64,000 nt of DNA from Bacteroidaceae bacterium (GTDB lineage: Bacteria; Bacteroidota; Bacteroidia; Bacteroidales; Bacteroidaceae). This document shows positions 1 to 10,719 of the stretch, in pieces (within the stretch, counting starts at the first letter, position 1; every line of letters begins with the position of its first letter). The DNA lies in NCBI GenBank assembly GCA_017556585.1, contig JAFYMP010000044.1, positions 26,463 through 90,462 on the forward strand. The letters are read 5' to 3'. A model generated the notes under the pieces. That model had not been told where the DNA came from and made no database searches. It saw only the letters and a list, made by a program, of their open reading frames with translations. The position numbers were made by a program, and so were the translations under genes.

Positions 1-974
1 TACACATCAAAACGATGAACAAATGCCTGACTGACAAGATAAGTTCCTATACCTGATTCAAAAATATGCCCCCATGCTTTACGATCAAGTATAGCCTGTT
101 CGAATGTAAGAGAACTATATACCATCTTCAAGGCATTGTTATATACTTGAAACTTAGGGATGCTAGCCCTTCTACGCGACATATCAACACTATATTTCTG
201 TAGGCCGCATAGCAATCCACTTTCATTAAGCAAATTTATATAGCCTGCCAATGTAGAAGTATTGCCAGCGTCTTGCAACGAACCAAGCATCTTATTCAAT
301 GACAATAGATTCCCGGAATAGGCAGCACCGAGTTCAAAGGTCTGTTTTAATAATGCGGGTTTACTAATTGGGGTATCCATAAGAATATCCTTGTTAATAG
401 TGGCATCAATTATTGCAGATTGGATATACTGCTCAAAGCGATCGCTATCGCCAATCAGCGTCGCAGCCCCCGGATAGCCTCCGTAGAATAGATATTGATC
501 AACTGTAAAGCCAAAGCACTCTTTCATCTCCTTATAGCTCCAATGACTCATACGAATCTCTTCGAACCGTCCTGCCAAAGATTCGGACAAACCCTTTTCG
601 AGTAAAACACGGCTGCTACCGAGGAGCAATACTTTAATGTTGAGGCCGTGAAATGTATCATCATCCCACTCCTTCTTTACAACCTCACTCCAATTAGTAA
701 TTTTCTGTATCTCGTCAATTACTAGAACCACACTCTCCCAGCCATTATTCTCTTTTATGCTACGAGTTGCAGCCCAGCAGTTAGAAACCCATGCAGTATT
801 TGTAGCAGGAACATTATCAGCAGAGTAGAATTGGAACGGCAATGACAAGTCTTTGAGCACTTGCTTAACAACCGTAGATTTACCAATCTGACGTGCACCC
901 ATTACTATCTGAATAAACTTTCTATCTTCTTCTAGTCTTGACTTAATCTTTTGATATTCAGCCCTTTTATACAT
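1..974 (-). CDS. AAA+ ATP-binding protein (AAA_14/DUF4143-like); 3' end runs off the window
   Basis: Absent from the ORF track because the window edge truncates it. The reverse complement from the ATG at 972-974 reads MYKRAEYQKIKSRLEEDRKFIQIVMGARQIGKSTVVKQVL. It has Walker A GARQIGKST and a Walker-B-like VVLVIDEIQ, and the frame stays open to position 1. Confidence 0.7.
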   Translation of the reverse strand, partial: MYKRAEYQKIKSRLEEDRKFIQIVMGARQIGKSTVVKQVLKDLSLPFQFYSADNVPATNTAWVSNCWAATRSIKENNGWESVVLVIDEIQKITNWSEVVKKEWDDDTFHGLNIKVLLLGSSRVLLEKGLSESLAGRFEEIRMSHWSYKEMKECFGFTVDQYLFYGGYPGAATLIGDSDRFEQYIQSAIIDATINKDILMDTPISKPALLKQTFELGAAYSGNLLSLNKMLGSLQDAGNTSTLAGYINLLNESGLLCGLQKYSVDMSRRRASIPKFQVYNNALKMVYSSLTFEQAILDRKAWGHIFESGIGTYLVSQAFVHRFDV

Positions 975-1115
975 AATTCTACATTTTACGCAGTTGGTTG
1001 ATTATTTTTACGCAATACAAATATATAAAATCTCACCTTTATATGCTAATTATCTGAAACAATTTTACCACCGATACTCTGTAAATTTTTACCGTTTTTT
1101 TTCGCAAAAAAAGAT

Positions 1116-1123
1116 TATATTTG
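1116..1123 (+). promoter_or_regulatory. Bacteroidota-type -7 promoter box (TAnnTTTG) upstream of slyD-aroC
   Basis: TATATTTG lies 28 nt upstream of the ATG at 1151. Confidence 0.45.
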
Positions 1124-1150
1124 CAACCTTATTAAAGGATTAAAAAGAAT

Positions 1151-1720
1151 ATGGAGACAAAAAGAAATTTTATAAGCCTTTCTTACGATCTGTTTTTGAA
1201 GGACGATGAAGGTGGTTTGGCACTTTATGAACGTGCACCAAAAGAGAAACCTTTCCAGTTTATCAGTGGTATAGGTTATACTCTGGAATTGTTTGAAAAC
1301 AATGTGATTAATTTGGCAGTTGGAGATTCTTTTGAATTTTCAATTCCCGCAGAACAGGCATACGGTGAATATGACGATGAAAGTGTACTTGAATTGCAGA
1401 AGGGTATATTTATGCGCGATGGAAAATTTGACGATGAACACGTAAAAGAGGGTTATGTTATTCCACTAAGCGACGGTCAGAGCACATTCAATGCGCTTGT
1501 TACAAAGATTACTGACAATACTGTAACTGTGGATTTGAATCATCCGTTGGCAGGCGAAGAACTTACTTTTAAAGGTAAGATTTTAGAAAATCGTCCTGCA
1601 ACAGACGAAGAACTTGCTGCTGCACTTCAGCCTGCAGGTGGTTGCGGTGGTGGATGCGATTGTTGCGGACACGACCACGATTGCGATGGCGGCGACTGCG
1701 GTTGCGGACATTGTCACTAA
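1151..1720 (+). CDS. slyD: FKBP-type peptidyl-prolyl cis-trans isomerase, SlyD-like, with Cys/His/Asp-rich C-terminal tail
   Basis: 189 aa. FKBP/IF-domain-like core (VDLNHPLAGEELTFKGKILE). The tail is GGCGGGCDCCGHDHDCDGGDCGCGHCH. Confidence 0.85.
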   Translation: METKRNFISLSYDLFLKDDEGGLALYERAPKEKPFQFISGIGYTLELFENNVINLAVGDSFEFSIPAEQAYGEYDDESVLELQKGIFMRDGKFDDEHVKEGYVIPLSDGQSTFNALVTKITDNTVTVDLNHPLAGEELTFKGKILENRPATDEELAAALQPAGGCGGGCDCCGHDHDCDGGDCGCGHCH

Positions 1721-1723
1721 TTT

Positions 1724-2806
1724 ATGAATAGCATAGGACAGATACTCAGATTGACCACCTTTGGCGAATCGCATGGCGCAGCTATAGGTGGTATATTAGA
1801 TGGTTTTCCTACCGGCATAACCATTGATATGGATTTTGTACAGCAGGAGCTGAACAAACGCCGTCCGGGACAGAGTGCTGTTACCACAGGCAGACAAGAG
1901 GCCGATAAGGTGGAGTTCTTATCAGGTATAATGGAGGGTGTATCTACAGGTACACCTATAGCTTTTATAGTGCGTAATGCAGACCATCACTCATCTGACT
2001 ATGATAATCTTAAAGATCTGTTCAGACCATCGCATGCCGATTTTACATATCTGTCAAAATATGGTATAAGAGACCATCGTGGAGGTGGTAGAGCTTCTGC
2101 CCGCACTACAATAGCACAATGCGTGGCAGGGGCACTTGCAAAATTGGCGCTAAAGCAGTTGGCTCCACAAATGGATATTTATGCATTCTGTTCGCAGATA
2201 GGCACTATATATGCAAATAATCCCGCAGATATAAAGGCGGCAAGAGCTATTTCCGATAGCAATGCTGTTCGCTGCCCTGATAGCGAAGCTGCAAATAAGA
2301 TGGAGTCACTTATTAAAGAGGTGCATAAAGAGCAAGATTCTATAGGCGGTGTGGTAAGTTGTATAATAGAGAACTGTCCTGTGGGGTTGGGTGAACCTCT
2401 GTTTGATAAACTTCATGCACGACTGGGTTACACTATGCTGAATATAAATGCTGCCAAAGGTTTTGAATATGGCGATGGATTTTATTCTGCCACACAACGT
2501 GGTTCATACCACAACGACTCTTTCACAACCAATAAAAAAGGTAATATTGCTACCACTTCAAACCATTCAGGTGGTATTCAAGGCGGAATAAGCAACGGGC
2601 AGACTATTAGTTTCAGAGTGGCATTCAAACCCACCCCTACTATTGGTATAGCCCAACAGACTGTAGATAAAAATCTTAATGCAGTAACTTTAGAAGCTAA
2701 AGGCCGTCACGACCCTTGTGTAGTTCCCAGAGCGGTTCCGGTAGTGGAGAACTGTGCTGCATTTGTTATATTAGACAGTATCTTAACTAATAAGATTTGG
2801 CAATAA
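1724..2806 (+). CDS. aroC: chorismate synthase
   Basis: 360 aa. N-terminus [19 protein letters not shown], then RPGQS and [14 protein letters not shown] motifs. Starts 3 nt after the slyD stop. Confidence 0.95.
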   Translation: MNSIGQILRLTTFGESHGAAIGGILDGFPTGITIDMDFVQQELNKRRPGQSAVTTGRQEADKVEFLSGIMEGVSTGTPIAFIVRNADHHSSDYDNLKDLFRPSHADFTYLSKYGIRDHRGGGRASARTTIAQCVAGALAKLALKQLAPQMDIYAFCSQIGTIYANNPADIKAARAISDSNAVRCPDSEAANKMESLIKEVHKEQDSIGGVVSCIIENCPVGLGEPLFDKLHARLGYTMLNINAAKGFEYGDGFYSATQRGSYHNDSFTTNKKGNIATTSNHSGGIQGGISNGQTISFRVAFKPTPTIGIAQQTVDKNLNAVTLEAKGRHDPCVVPRAVPVVENCAAFVILDSILTNKIWQ

Positions 2807-2829
2807 CAAACCATACCTATTTATATAAT

Positions 2830-2856
2830 AAAAGCCTCATTTTTTTTGAGGCTTTT
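2830..2856. terminator. bidirectional intrinsic terminator between convergent aroC and the HAD gene
   Basis: AAAAGCCTCA / TGAGGCTTTT forms a perfect 10-bp stem around a T7 loop, with A/T runs on both sides. Confidence 0.75.
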
Positions 2857-2860
2857 ATTA

Positions 2861-3541
2861 TTAAAACAACGTTTCCCATTTATCTGCAAGTTCCTGCATA
2901 GAACTGAAGAGTATTGATGCCCCTTCGTTCATTAGAACCGCATCATCCAAAGGACCTGTATTTACTGCTATGGTCTCTATTCCTGCTGCAACTGCCGCAC
3001 GCACACCCATTGGTGCATTCTCTACCACAACTGCTTGTGATGCATCTACACCTGCTAATTCCAAACCTTTCAGATATGGATCGGGGAATGGTTTTCCACG
3101 TTTCACATCAAACGATGTAACCATTTTTTCTCTGGTTATGTATCCTTCAAAATCTTTTACAACGCGCTCTATCAGAGTCTTTTGACCGGAACCTGTAACT
3201 ATATGAATTTTAAGTCCGGCTGCCTTTGCCTTCTTGAATACCTCCATAGCTCCCGGCATTATCTCTGCCATAGGCATATTCCTAAAGAGTTCGGCTTTAT
3301 GAGCATAAATCTCCCTTACCTCCTCTTCTGTTGCTCCATAACCACGTTCACGCAGACTTACCTGGTTTACTGTGTATGAACCGGTACAACCTTCGTGCAT
3401 ATATACCTCCATAGGCGGCATGTTCATACCGTAAAAGGCCATGGTTTCACTCCAAGCTTTTGCGTGATTGGGCATTGAATTATATAAAACGCCATCCATA
3501 TCGAAAAGGATGGCGCTTTTGTTATTAAGTTTCAGGCTCAT
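2861..3541 (-). CDS. HAD-superfamily hydrolase (beta-phosphoglucomutase-like)
   Basis: 226 aa. Motif I is FDMDGVLYNS, with GSG and VVENAPMGVRAA motifs. Its ATG overlaps the pgi stop by 1 nt (TAATG). Confidence 0.8.
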   Translation of the reverse strand: MSLKLNNKSAILFDMDGVLYNSMPNHAKAWSETMAFYGMNMPPMEVYMHEGCTGSYTVNQVSLRERGYGATEEEVREIYAHKAELFRNMPMAEIMPGAMEVFKKAKAAGLKIHIVTGSGQKTLIERVVKDFEGYITREKMVTSFDVKRGKPFPDPYLKGLELAGVDASQAVVVENAPMGVRAAVAAGIETIAVNTGPLDDAVLMNEGASILFSSMQELADKWETLF

Positions 3542-4890
3542 TATTTCTTTATTCTTTCCAATATTGCCTTAGATTCAGCTTCGTAACCCGGCTTATTCAA
3601 CAGCGCAAACATATTCTTTTTGTAAGCCTCTACACCCGGCTGGTTAAATGGATTTACCTGTAGCATATATCCGCTTATACCGCAAGCCTTTTCAAAGAAA
3701 TAGATAAGTTGTCCTAACCAGTACTCTTTCAGTTCAGGTATTGTAATACGAATGTTAGGAACACCGCCATCTACGTGTGCAAGCTGTGTGCCTAATTCTG
3801 CCATCTTATTAACTTCGTCAACGTGTTTGCCTGCCAGGAAGTTCAAACCATCCAGATTCTCTTCGTCAGAAGGAACCAAAACAGAGTGCTGCACCTTATC
3901 TATAGAGAGTACTGTTTCAAAAATGGTACGTTCGCCCTCCTGAATCCACTGTCCCATAGAGTGCAGGTCTGTAGAGAAATCTACTGATGATGGGTATATA
4001 CCCTTATTATCTTTACCTTCTGATTCACCATACAGCTGTTTCCACCACTCTGCAAAGTAGTGTAACTTAGGCTGGAAATTCACCAGAATCTCTATCTTTT
4101 TACCTGTACGATACAGAGCGTTTCTGGCTGCTGCATATACGGCAGCAATATTATCGTTGAAAGCAACTTCTGATGAAGTCATCTTCTCCATATCGGCAGC
4201 GCCTTTTACCAATTCTGCTATATTGAAACCGGCAACGGCAATTGGTAGCAAACCTACAGGAGTAAGTACTGAATAACGTCCGCCTACATTGTCAGGAATA
4301 ACAAAGCTCTTGTAGCCCTCTTTATCGGCACAAACACGCGCTGCACCTTTATTTGCATCGGTAATAGCTACTATAACTTTCTTTGCCATCTCCTTACCAC
4401 GTTCGTCTTCACACTGTTTCTTTAGAAGACGAAATGCCAATGCAGTTTCTGTTGTAGTACCCGATTTTGATATATTGATTACACCAAAACGTTTTCCTGA
4501 AAGATACTGTGTAAGTTCAAACAGATAATCTTCACTGATATTGTGTCCGGCAAACAGAACAACAGGCTGATCTTTCTGTTGCAACAGATGTGCAAAGCTA
4601 TTGCTGAATGCCTCAATCACTGCTTTTGCACCTAAATAGCTGCCACCAATACCTGCTACAACCACTACATCGCAGTTCTCTTTCAACACTGCTGCAGTTG
4701 CATCAATTTCTGCAATAAATTCAGCACTGATAGAAGAAGCCAAGTTTACCCAACCTATGTAATCGTTGCCTAAACCTGTACCTTTTTCCAATTTTTCAAT
4801 AGCCTCTTTTGCTTCGGATTCCATGGCCTGCACTGCACCTGCAGGTATGAATCCCTGAATCTGTGAAATATCAACTTTAATCATACACAT
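3541..4890 (-). CDS. pgi: glucose-6-phosphate isomerase
   Basis: 449 aa. Motifs [21 protein letters not shown] and GGRYSVLT. The start could instead be the ATG 2 codons downstream. Confidence 0.95.
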   Translation of the reverse strand: MCMIKVDISQIQGFIPAGAVQAMESEAKEAIEKLEKGTGLGNDYIGWVNLASSISAEFIAEIDATAAVLKENCDVVVVAGIGGSYLGAKAVIEAFSNSFAHLLQQKDQPVVLFAGHNISEDYLFELTQYLSGKRFGVINISKSGTTTETALAFRLLKKQCEDERGKEMAKKVIVAITDANKGAARVCADKEGYKSFVIPDNVGGRYSVLTPVGLLPIAVAGFNIAELVKGAADMEKMTSSEVAFNDNIAAVYAAARNALYRTGKKIEILVNFQPKLHYFAEWWKQLYGESEGKDNKGIYPSSVDFSTDLHSMGQWIQEGERTIFETVLSIDKVQHSVLVPSDEENLDGLNFLAGKHVDEVNKMAELGTQLAHVDGGVPNIRITIPELKEYWLGQLIYFFEKACGISGYMLQVNPFNQPGVEAYKKNMFALLNKPGYEAESKAILERIKK

Positions 4891-4905
4891 ATTGTTGTTT
4901 CGTTA

Positions 4906-5907
4906 TTATTTAAATGAATCTGTCAGTAATTTAATCTCTATTACCGGAGATATCTGGTCATAAAGTATATCGTATATTGCATTAAGTATAGGCATATTGA
5001 CACGATAGTGTTCATTTACCTCTTTCATACATTTTGTACCATAATATCCTTCTGCTATCATCTCCATCTCCAACTGAGCCGATTTTACAGAATAGCCCTT
5101 ACCTATCATTGTTCCAAACACTCTGTTTCTACTAAATTTGGAATAACCTGTAACCAACAAGTCTCCCAAATAGACTGAATCGTTAACAGCTCTGTTTGGC
5201 ATAGGTCTGGCCACTGCCAAAAAGTCGTTCATCTCTTGAATGGCATTCGACATAAGAACTGCCTGGAAATTATCGCCATACTTTAAGCCACTGCAAATAC
5301 CGGCAGCAATAGCATAGACATTCTTTAGTACAGAACTGAATTCAATACCTGCCACATCGGTGCTGACCGAAGTCTTAACGTAAGTATTGGTAAGTTTTTT
5401 GGCTATCATCTGGGCATTTTCAATATTCTGACAACCAACAGTAAGATAAGAGAGACGTTCCATTGCCACCTCTTCTGCATGACAAGGACCTGCTACTACC
5501 GATATATTTTCTACAGGAACTCCGTAATAGCGATGGAAATAATCTGACATAAGTAGATTATCGTCCGGAACAATTCCCTTTATGGCCGATACTACAAACT
5601 TGTCGCGTATCTTCACTTTAAGTTTCTTCATGTGAGACTTAAAGTAAGGCGACGGAGTTACAAAGACCAACACTTCTGAATCTTCTACCACTTTATTGAT
5701 ATCTGAATAGAAGTTTATGCGGTTGGTATCGAACTGCACAGTGGTAAGATACGCCGGATTATGCCCCAATCTTTTAAAGTCCTCAATTCTATCTTCTCTA
5801 CGAATGTACCAGTTGATAGAATCTTCTGTTGAGAGCAGAATCTTGGCTATGGCAGTTGCCCAACTGCCACCTCCCATTATTGCCAGTTTTCCTTGTGGAA
5901 TAGCCAT
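4906..5907 (-). CDS. gpsA: NAD(P)H-dependent glycerol-3-phosphate dehydrogenase
   Basis: 333 aa. N-terminal Rossmann motif MGGGSWATAIA; GpsA-like KGI, NVYAIAAG and GRN-like motifs. Confidence 0.9.
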   Translation of the reverse strand: MAIPQGKLAIMGGGSWATAIAKILLSTEDSINWYIRREDRIEDFKRLGHNPAYLTTVQFDTNRINFYSDINKVVEDSEVLVFVTPSPYFKSHMKKLKVKIRDKFVVSAIKGIVPDDNLLMSDYFHRYYGVPVENISVVAGPCHAEEVAMERLSYLTVGCQNIENAQMIAKKLTNTYVKTSVSTDVAGIEFSSVLKNVYAIAAGICSGLKYGDNFQAVLMSNAIQEMNDFLAVARPMPNRAVNDSVYLGDLLVTGYSKFSRNRVFGTMIGKGYSVKSAQLEMEMIAEGYYGTKCMKEVNEHYRVNMPILNAIYDILYDQISPVIEIKLLTDSFK

Positions 5908-5911
5908 ATAA

Positions 5912-7426
5912 TTAATCTTTTGTTTCAGGCTTCATTTGTGGGAAGAACAGCACCTCTTGAATAGCCTGCTGTCCTGTCAAAAGCATAGTAAGACGGTCTA
6001 TTCCTATACCAATACCACTGGTAGGAGGCATACCGTATTCAAGCGCACGTACAAAATCCTGATCTATAAACATAGCTTCGTCATCGCCCTTCTGGCTTAA
6101 ACGCAACTGTTCCTGGAAACGTTCGTACTGGTCTATAGGATCGTTCAATTCGCTATATGCATTTGCCAACTCCTTACCGTTTACCATAAGTTCAAAACGT
6201 TCTGTCAAACCCGGTTTACTGCGATGAGCCTTTGTTAGTGGTGACATCTCTACAGGATAGTCTATTATGAATGTAGGCTGTATGTATGTACCTTCGCAGA
6301 ATTCACCAAAGATTTCATCTATAAGTTTACCCTTACCCATGCTGGCATCCACATCCAGTTTAAGAGCCTTGCAAACTTCGCGAATTTCATCTTCCGATTT
6401 GCCTTCCAAATCGTATCCTGTCTTCTCTTTGATAGAATCCAATATAGAGATTCTCTTATATGGAGCCTTAAAGTTGATGGTGTTATCGCCTATCTTGGCT
6501 TCGTATGAACCATTAACCTCAAAACAGATTTTTTCCAATAGTTTTTCTGTGAAATCCATCATCCAGTTGTAGTCCTTGTACTGAACATAAAGTTCCATAC
6601 AGGTAAATTCCGGATTATGAGTTCTGTCCATACCTTCGTTACGGAAGTTCTTACCAATTTCGTAAACGCCTTCAAAACCACCTACTATAAGGCGTTTCAA
6701 ATACAATTCTGTTGCTATACGGCAATACAAATCTATATCCAGACTGTTATGATGTGTAATGAAAGGTCTTGCGCTTGCACCACCCGGTATAGACTGCAAA
6801 ATAGGAGTTTCTACCTCTGTGTAACCGGCACCATCCAATACTGAACGCATTGTTGAGATTATCTTTGAGCGTTTCAGGAAGGTCTCTTTTACACCTTCGT
6901 TCACTACCAAATCCACGTAGCGCTGACGATATCTTGAATCGGGATCGTCAAACTTATCGTATGCCACACCGTCTTTATATTTTACTATAGGCAGAGGACG
7001 AAGTGATTTAGCCAATACGGTTAGTTTCTGTGCATGAATGGTAATTTCTCCCATCTGTGTACGGAACACAAAGCCTTCAATGCCAATAAAATCGCCTATA
7101 TCAAGCAACTTTTTGAATACCTTATTATACATCTCTTTGTCTTCGCCCGGGCAAATATCATCGCGGGTTACATATATCTGGATACGTCCTTTTGAGTCCT
7201 GCAATTCTACAAACGATGCCTTACCCATAATGCGACGGCTCATCAATCTGCCGGCCACACACACCTTTCTTGGTTCATCTTCGTCTTTAAATTCTGCTTT
7301 TATATCTACCGAGAAGGCATTTGTTGGGTACATAGCAGCAGGATATGGGTCTATACCCATTGCGCGCAACTCTTTCAGGCTTTCACGTCTGTATTGTTCC
7401 TGATCGTTTAATTCAATGTTACTCAT
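5912..7426 (-). CDS. lysS: lysine--tRNA ligase (class II)
   Basis: Motifs [15 protein letters not shown] and GIGIGIDRL. The track ORF extends to 7528, but I place the start at the ATG at 7424-7426 ([15 protein letters not shown]). The TAACTTTG -7 box at 7495-7502 lies inside the longer ORF. Confidence 0.93.
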   Translation of the reverse strand: MSNIELNDQEQYRRESLKELRAMGIDPYPAAMYPTNAFSVDIKAEFKDEDEPRKVCVAGRLMSRRIMGKASFVELQDSKGRIQIYVTRDDICPGEDKEMYNKVFKKLLDIGDFIGIEGFVFRTQMGEITIHAQKLTVLAKSLRPLPIVKYKDGVAYDKFDDPDSRYRQRYVDLVVNEGVKETFLKRSKIISTMRSVLDGAGYTEVETPILQSIPGGASARPFITHHNSLDIDLYCRIATELYLKRLIVGGFEGVYEIGKNFRNEGMDRTHNPEFTCMELYVQYKDYNWMMDFTEKLLEKICFEVNGSYEAKIGDNTINFKAPYKRISILDSIKEKTGYDLEGKSEDEIREVCKALKLDVDASMGKGKLIDEIFGEFCEGTYIQPTFIIDYPVEMSPLTKAHRSKPGLTERFELMVNGKELANAYSELNDPIDQYERFQEQLRLSQKGDDEAMFIDQDFVRALEYGMPPTSGIGIGIDRLTMLLTGQQAIQEVLFFPQMKPETKD

Positions 7427-7494
7427 TTCTATTTCCAAATGATTGATAAAAAGTCTTTTTTGCCAAATAAAGCACAATTCGGCAATATCATTTG

Positions 7495-7502
7495 CAAAGT
7501 TA
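7495..7502 (-). promoter_or_regulatory. -7 promoter box for the lysS-gpsA-pgi-HAD operon
   Basis: The plus strand reads CAAAGTTA, which is TAACTTTG on the minus strand, 69 nt upstream of the lysS ATG at 7426. Confidence 0.45.
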
Positions 7503-7717
7503 GTTATTTTTAGTTTATCAACAGACAAAGTTTTCTATTTTTCCACCTTGTTTATATAACAATAATTGTCCTCATAGCGATATTTTTTAACAGACGTTAT
7601 CACCAATCCTTTCATTTATATAATATTCAGGTTTGTTCAACTCAATAAACTATTGTTATCGCGCACTAATAAAACACAAACTTTCAATAAATATTTCTTA
7701 CAGTAATTTGATTCACA

Positions 7718-7725
7718 TACATTTG
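7718..7725 (+). promoter_or_regulatory. -7 promoter box upstream of the CDP-alcohol phosphatidyltransferase operon
   Basis: TACATTTG lies 22 nt upstream of the ATG at 7748. Confidence 0.4.
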
Positions 7726-7747
7726 TCACAACAAAACAACAACGAAT

Positions 7748-8440
7748 ATGGAGAAACTTGCAACTGAAAAATCCGTAAGGATACAGACATCTGTACTAAG
7801 CAAAATAGAAAAGAGAGTACTAATTTGGTTGGCACAACGACAGCCAAGATGGGTAAATTCCGATATGATGACATTTTTAGGCACTGTAGGAGCACTGATA
7901 ATAGCCGCGGGGTATATTCTTTCTAATTTGAATATCAACTTTTTATGGATTGCATCATTGGGATTCATCATAAATTGGTACGGCGATTCGCTTGACGGTA
8001 CATTAGCAAGAATCAGACATTGCCAACGCCCAAATTATGGTTACTATTTAGACCATTCTATAGATGCTATAAACGAAATCTTTATGTTTATAGGCATAGG
8101 ATTATCGCCTTTTTTGGATATCAGATTAGCAATGGCAGGCTTAGTTATCTATTTTCTGCTAACCATAAATGTAAGCATAAATGCTCATCTGAAAGGTGAA
8201 TTCAGACTGACATACGCAAAGATGGGACCAACCGAACTGCGTATTATTATGATTATAATCAACACACTCATCATCTATTGGGAAGCATTACGTGAACAGA
8301 TGAATTTTATAGGTGGAATTTTAATACTATTACTGCTTATAACCTATATAGCCACAGTTGTAACAGATGCAAAGGGTTATGAAAAAATGGATAATGAAAT
8401 AAAAAACAAGAAAAAGAGCAATGCCACTCTTAACCCATAA
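7748..8440 (+). CDS. CDP-alcohol phosphatidyltransferase family protein
   Basis: 230 aa, multi-TM. Family signature DSLDGTLAR-x9-GYYLDHSIDA (D-x2-DG-x2-AR...G-x3-D-x3-D). Confidence 0.8.
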   Translation: MEKLATEKSVRIQTSVLSKIEKRVLIWLAQRQPRWVNSDMMTFLGTVGALIIAAGYILSNLNINFLWIASLGFIINWYGDSLDGTLARIRHCQRPNYGYYLDHSIDAINEIFMFIGIGLSPFLDIRLAMAGLVIYFLLTINVSINAHLKGEFRLTYAKMGPTELRIIMIIINTLIIYWEALREQMNFIGGILILLLLITYIATVVTDAKGYEKMDNEIKNKKKSNATLNP

Positions 8441-9239
8441 CGATTTAGAGAAAATTTCTCCACTGTTCAAAGGGAGATCCGGACATCTGCTTGCAGATAT
8501 CCTTATGAAACTGTTTGCTGTAGATAAAGTTTGCGCTCTATACAACAATAACGAACAATATTCAGGTGTAGATTTTGCACATCATATACTGCAAGATATT
8601 GGCGTTAATTACACTGTTTTGGGATCTGAAAGGCTGGAACAGCTCCCCAAAGGTGCATTTATCACAATAAGCAATCATCCATACGGAAGTATTGATGGAA
8701 TTATGCTTATAGATCTGATAGGCAAATATCGTCCGGAGTACAAAGTTTTAGTAAATCAGATATTAGGTCATATAGAACGGTTAGAGCCCAATTTTATTAA
8801 GGTAGTACCTACAGGAAAGCAGAAAGAGGGTGTAAAAAAAGAGAGTTTAAGAGGTATTATGCAGTCACTTAAACATCTGCAATCGGGCGCACCGTTAGGA
8901 TTGTTTCCGTCGGGAGCCGTATCTGATTTAAGCATAAAAGATGGTTGCATACGCGACAGAGAATGGCAACTTTCTGCCATTCAACTAATAAAGAAAGCAT
9001 GCGTTCCCATTGTCCCTATAAGATTCAGAGACAAAAATTCAATGTTTTACTATCTATTGGGGCTACTAAACTGGAAGATTAGGGTTACCAGGCTCCCTCG
9101 CGAAGTTTTTAACAAAAGAGACAAGATTACGCGCGTAGAGGTGTGCCCCATAATTACAGTGGAAGAACAAGACAAATACTCCAACATTGAAGAGTTCCGC
9201 AATTATTTACGTTCCACAATCTACCCTATCCCCAAGTAA
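8421..9239 (+). CDS. lysophospholipid/glycerolipid acyltransferase family protein
   Basis: 272 aa. NHPYGSIDG histidine/aspartate acyltransferase-like motif and FPSG motif. The ATG overlaps the upstream gene by 20 nt. Confidence 0.6.
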   Translation: MPLLTHNDLEKISPLFKGRSGHLLADILMKLFAVDKVCALYNNNEQYSGVDFAHHILQDIGVNYTVLGSERLEQLPKGAFITISNHPYGSIDGIMLIDLIGKYRPEYKVLVNQILGHIERLEPNFIKVVPTGKQKEGVKKESLRGIMQSLKHLQSGAPLGLFPSGAVSDLSIKDGCIRDREWQLSAIQLIKKACVPIVPIRFRDKNSMFYYLLGLLNWKIRVTRLPREVFNKRDKITRVEVCPIITVEEQDKYSNIEEFRNYLRSTIYPIPK

Positions 9240-9269
9240 GTTTGCAATTGGATTGCACATTAAAGTAAT

Positions 9270-9277
9270 TACTTTTG
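9270..9277 (+). promoter_or_regulatory. -7 promoter box upstream of the metal permease gene
   Basis: TACTTTTG lies 26 nt upstream of the ATG at 9304. Confidence 0.4.
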
Positions 9278-9303
9278 CAGCGACAAATATAATATGATAG
9301 TCT

Positions 9304-10554
9304 ATGCAAGAAATAATCGCTTTAATCAATGAAATGTCGCCATACCTTCTATTAGGTTTTTTATTGGCAGGTTTAATGCACTCTTTTATTCCAAACAGAT
9401 ATTATAGAACTTATTTGGGAGGCAATTCGTTTCGTTCGGTTCTGTATGCCACACTATTTGGTATTCCGCTGCCACTATGTTCATGCGGGGTTATTCCCAC
9501 TGCAATGTCTTTACGTAAAGAAGGAGCGTCAAAGGGAGCTACTACAGCATTTCTGATAGCCACACCGCAAACGGGGGTTGATTCTATAATTGCGACCTAT
9601 TCTCTAATGGGACTGCCTTTTGCACTTGTACGCCCCATTGCCGCTCTATGCACTGCGCTTTTTGGTGGTTGTTTGGCAAATATCTTCAGCAAAAAAGAGA
9701 TAGAAACACCCATACAGAACATAGAAGAACAAAGCCACAAAGAGGAGAAACAGAACTTTATACAGAAGATTATCTCTGCATTTCGCTATGGTTTTGTAGA
9801 TATGATGCAGGATATAGGCAGATGGTTGGTTTTAGGTTTGATAATTGCAGGTCTTATAACAGTATTTGTACCTGAATCTTTCTTTGCATTGTTTGCACAC
9901 AATTCATTACTCAGTATGCTGATAGTTCTGCTATTTGCCATACCTATGTACCTGTGCGCAACCGGTTCCATTCCCATTGCAGTTGCACTGATGTTAAAAG
10001 GATTGTCACCGGGAACAGCTTTGGTTCTACTTATGGCAGGACCTGCAGCCAATATGGCATCTATTTTGGTCATTAATAAAGTTTTAGGCAAACGTAATCT
10101 TATTATTTATCTTTTTTCAATTATATCAGGAGCCATATTATTTGGTTTGGGAATAGACTACCTTTTGCCAAGAGAATGGTTCACTACAGGATTATCTGTA
10201 ATACAGGAATCGTGCCACAACCACACCAACGGATGGAGTGAATATATCTGGACAATAATATTGTCTATTCTTCTTATCAATGCATTATTATTAAGATATT
10301 GCAAAAAAGAGAAACATTGTCACTGTAACAGTTGCGAAACTACTAAACAAAAAGAAGAGAATATGACTATTACTATTCAAGGAATGAACTGCAACCACTG
10401 TAAGAACAGTGCCGAAAAGGCTCTTTTGAGTGTTGAGGGTGTAGAAAAAGTGGAGATAGATTTAGCATCGGGAACAACCATTATTACAGGAAAGGCAACT
10501 ATTGAAGATGTAAAAAATGCAATCTACTCTATAGGTTTTACCATAAAAGAGTAA
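9304..10554 (+). CDS. ArsP/SO_0444-like metal permease fused to a C-terminal heavy-metal-associated (HMA) domain
   Basis: 416 aa, polytopic. Permease motif LPLCSCGVIP, a His/Cys linker (CHNHTNGW, KHCHCNSC), then an HMA fold with GMNCNHC. Confidence 0.75.
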   Translation: MQEIIALINEMSPYLLLGFLLAGLMHSFIPNRYYRTYLGGNSFRSVLYATLFGIPLPLCSCGVIPTAMSLRKEGASKGATTAFLIATPQTGVDSIIATYSLMGLPFALVRPIAALCTALFGGCLANIFSKKEIETPIQNIEEQSHKEEKQNFIQKIISAFRYGFVDMMQDIGRWLVLGLIIAGLITVFVPESFFALFAHNSLLSMLIVLLFAIPMYLCATGSIPIAVALMLKGLSPGTALVLLMAGPAANMASILVINKVLGKRNLIIYLFSIISGAILFGLGIDYLLPREWFTTGLSVIQESCHNHTNGWSEYIWTIILSILLINALLLRYCKKEKHCHCNSCETTKQKEENMTITIQGMNCNHCKNSAEKALLSVEGVEKVEIDLASGTTIITGKATIEDVKNAIYSIGFTIKE

Positions 10555-10719
10555 AAGACTGTTTACAGAGATACAGCACCGGAACAAAAGTGCGCTCAAA
10601 CTGTAACATCAAAGAAGAATGTACAACCATACAGTGTTTACTTAAAGTTTTAAAGGCATTTAGAATCGATTAGTACAAATAGGGGTATAGTAATAACAAG
10701 ATTGTAGAAAAAATATTCT

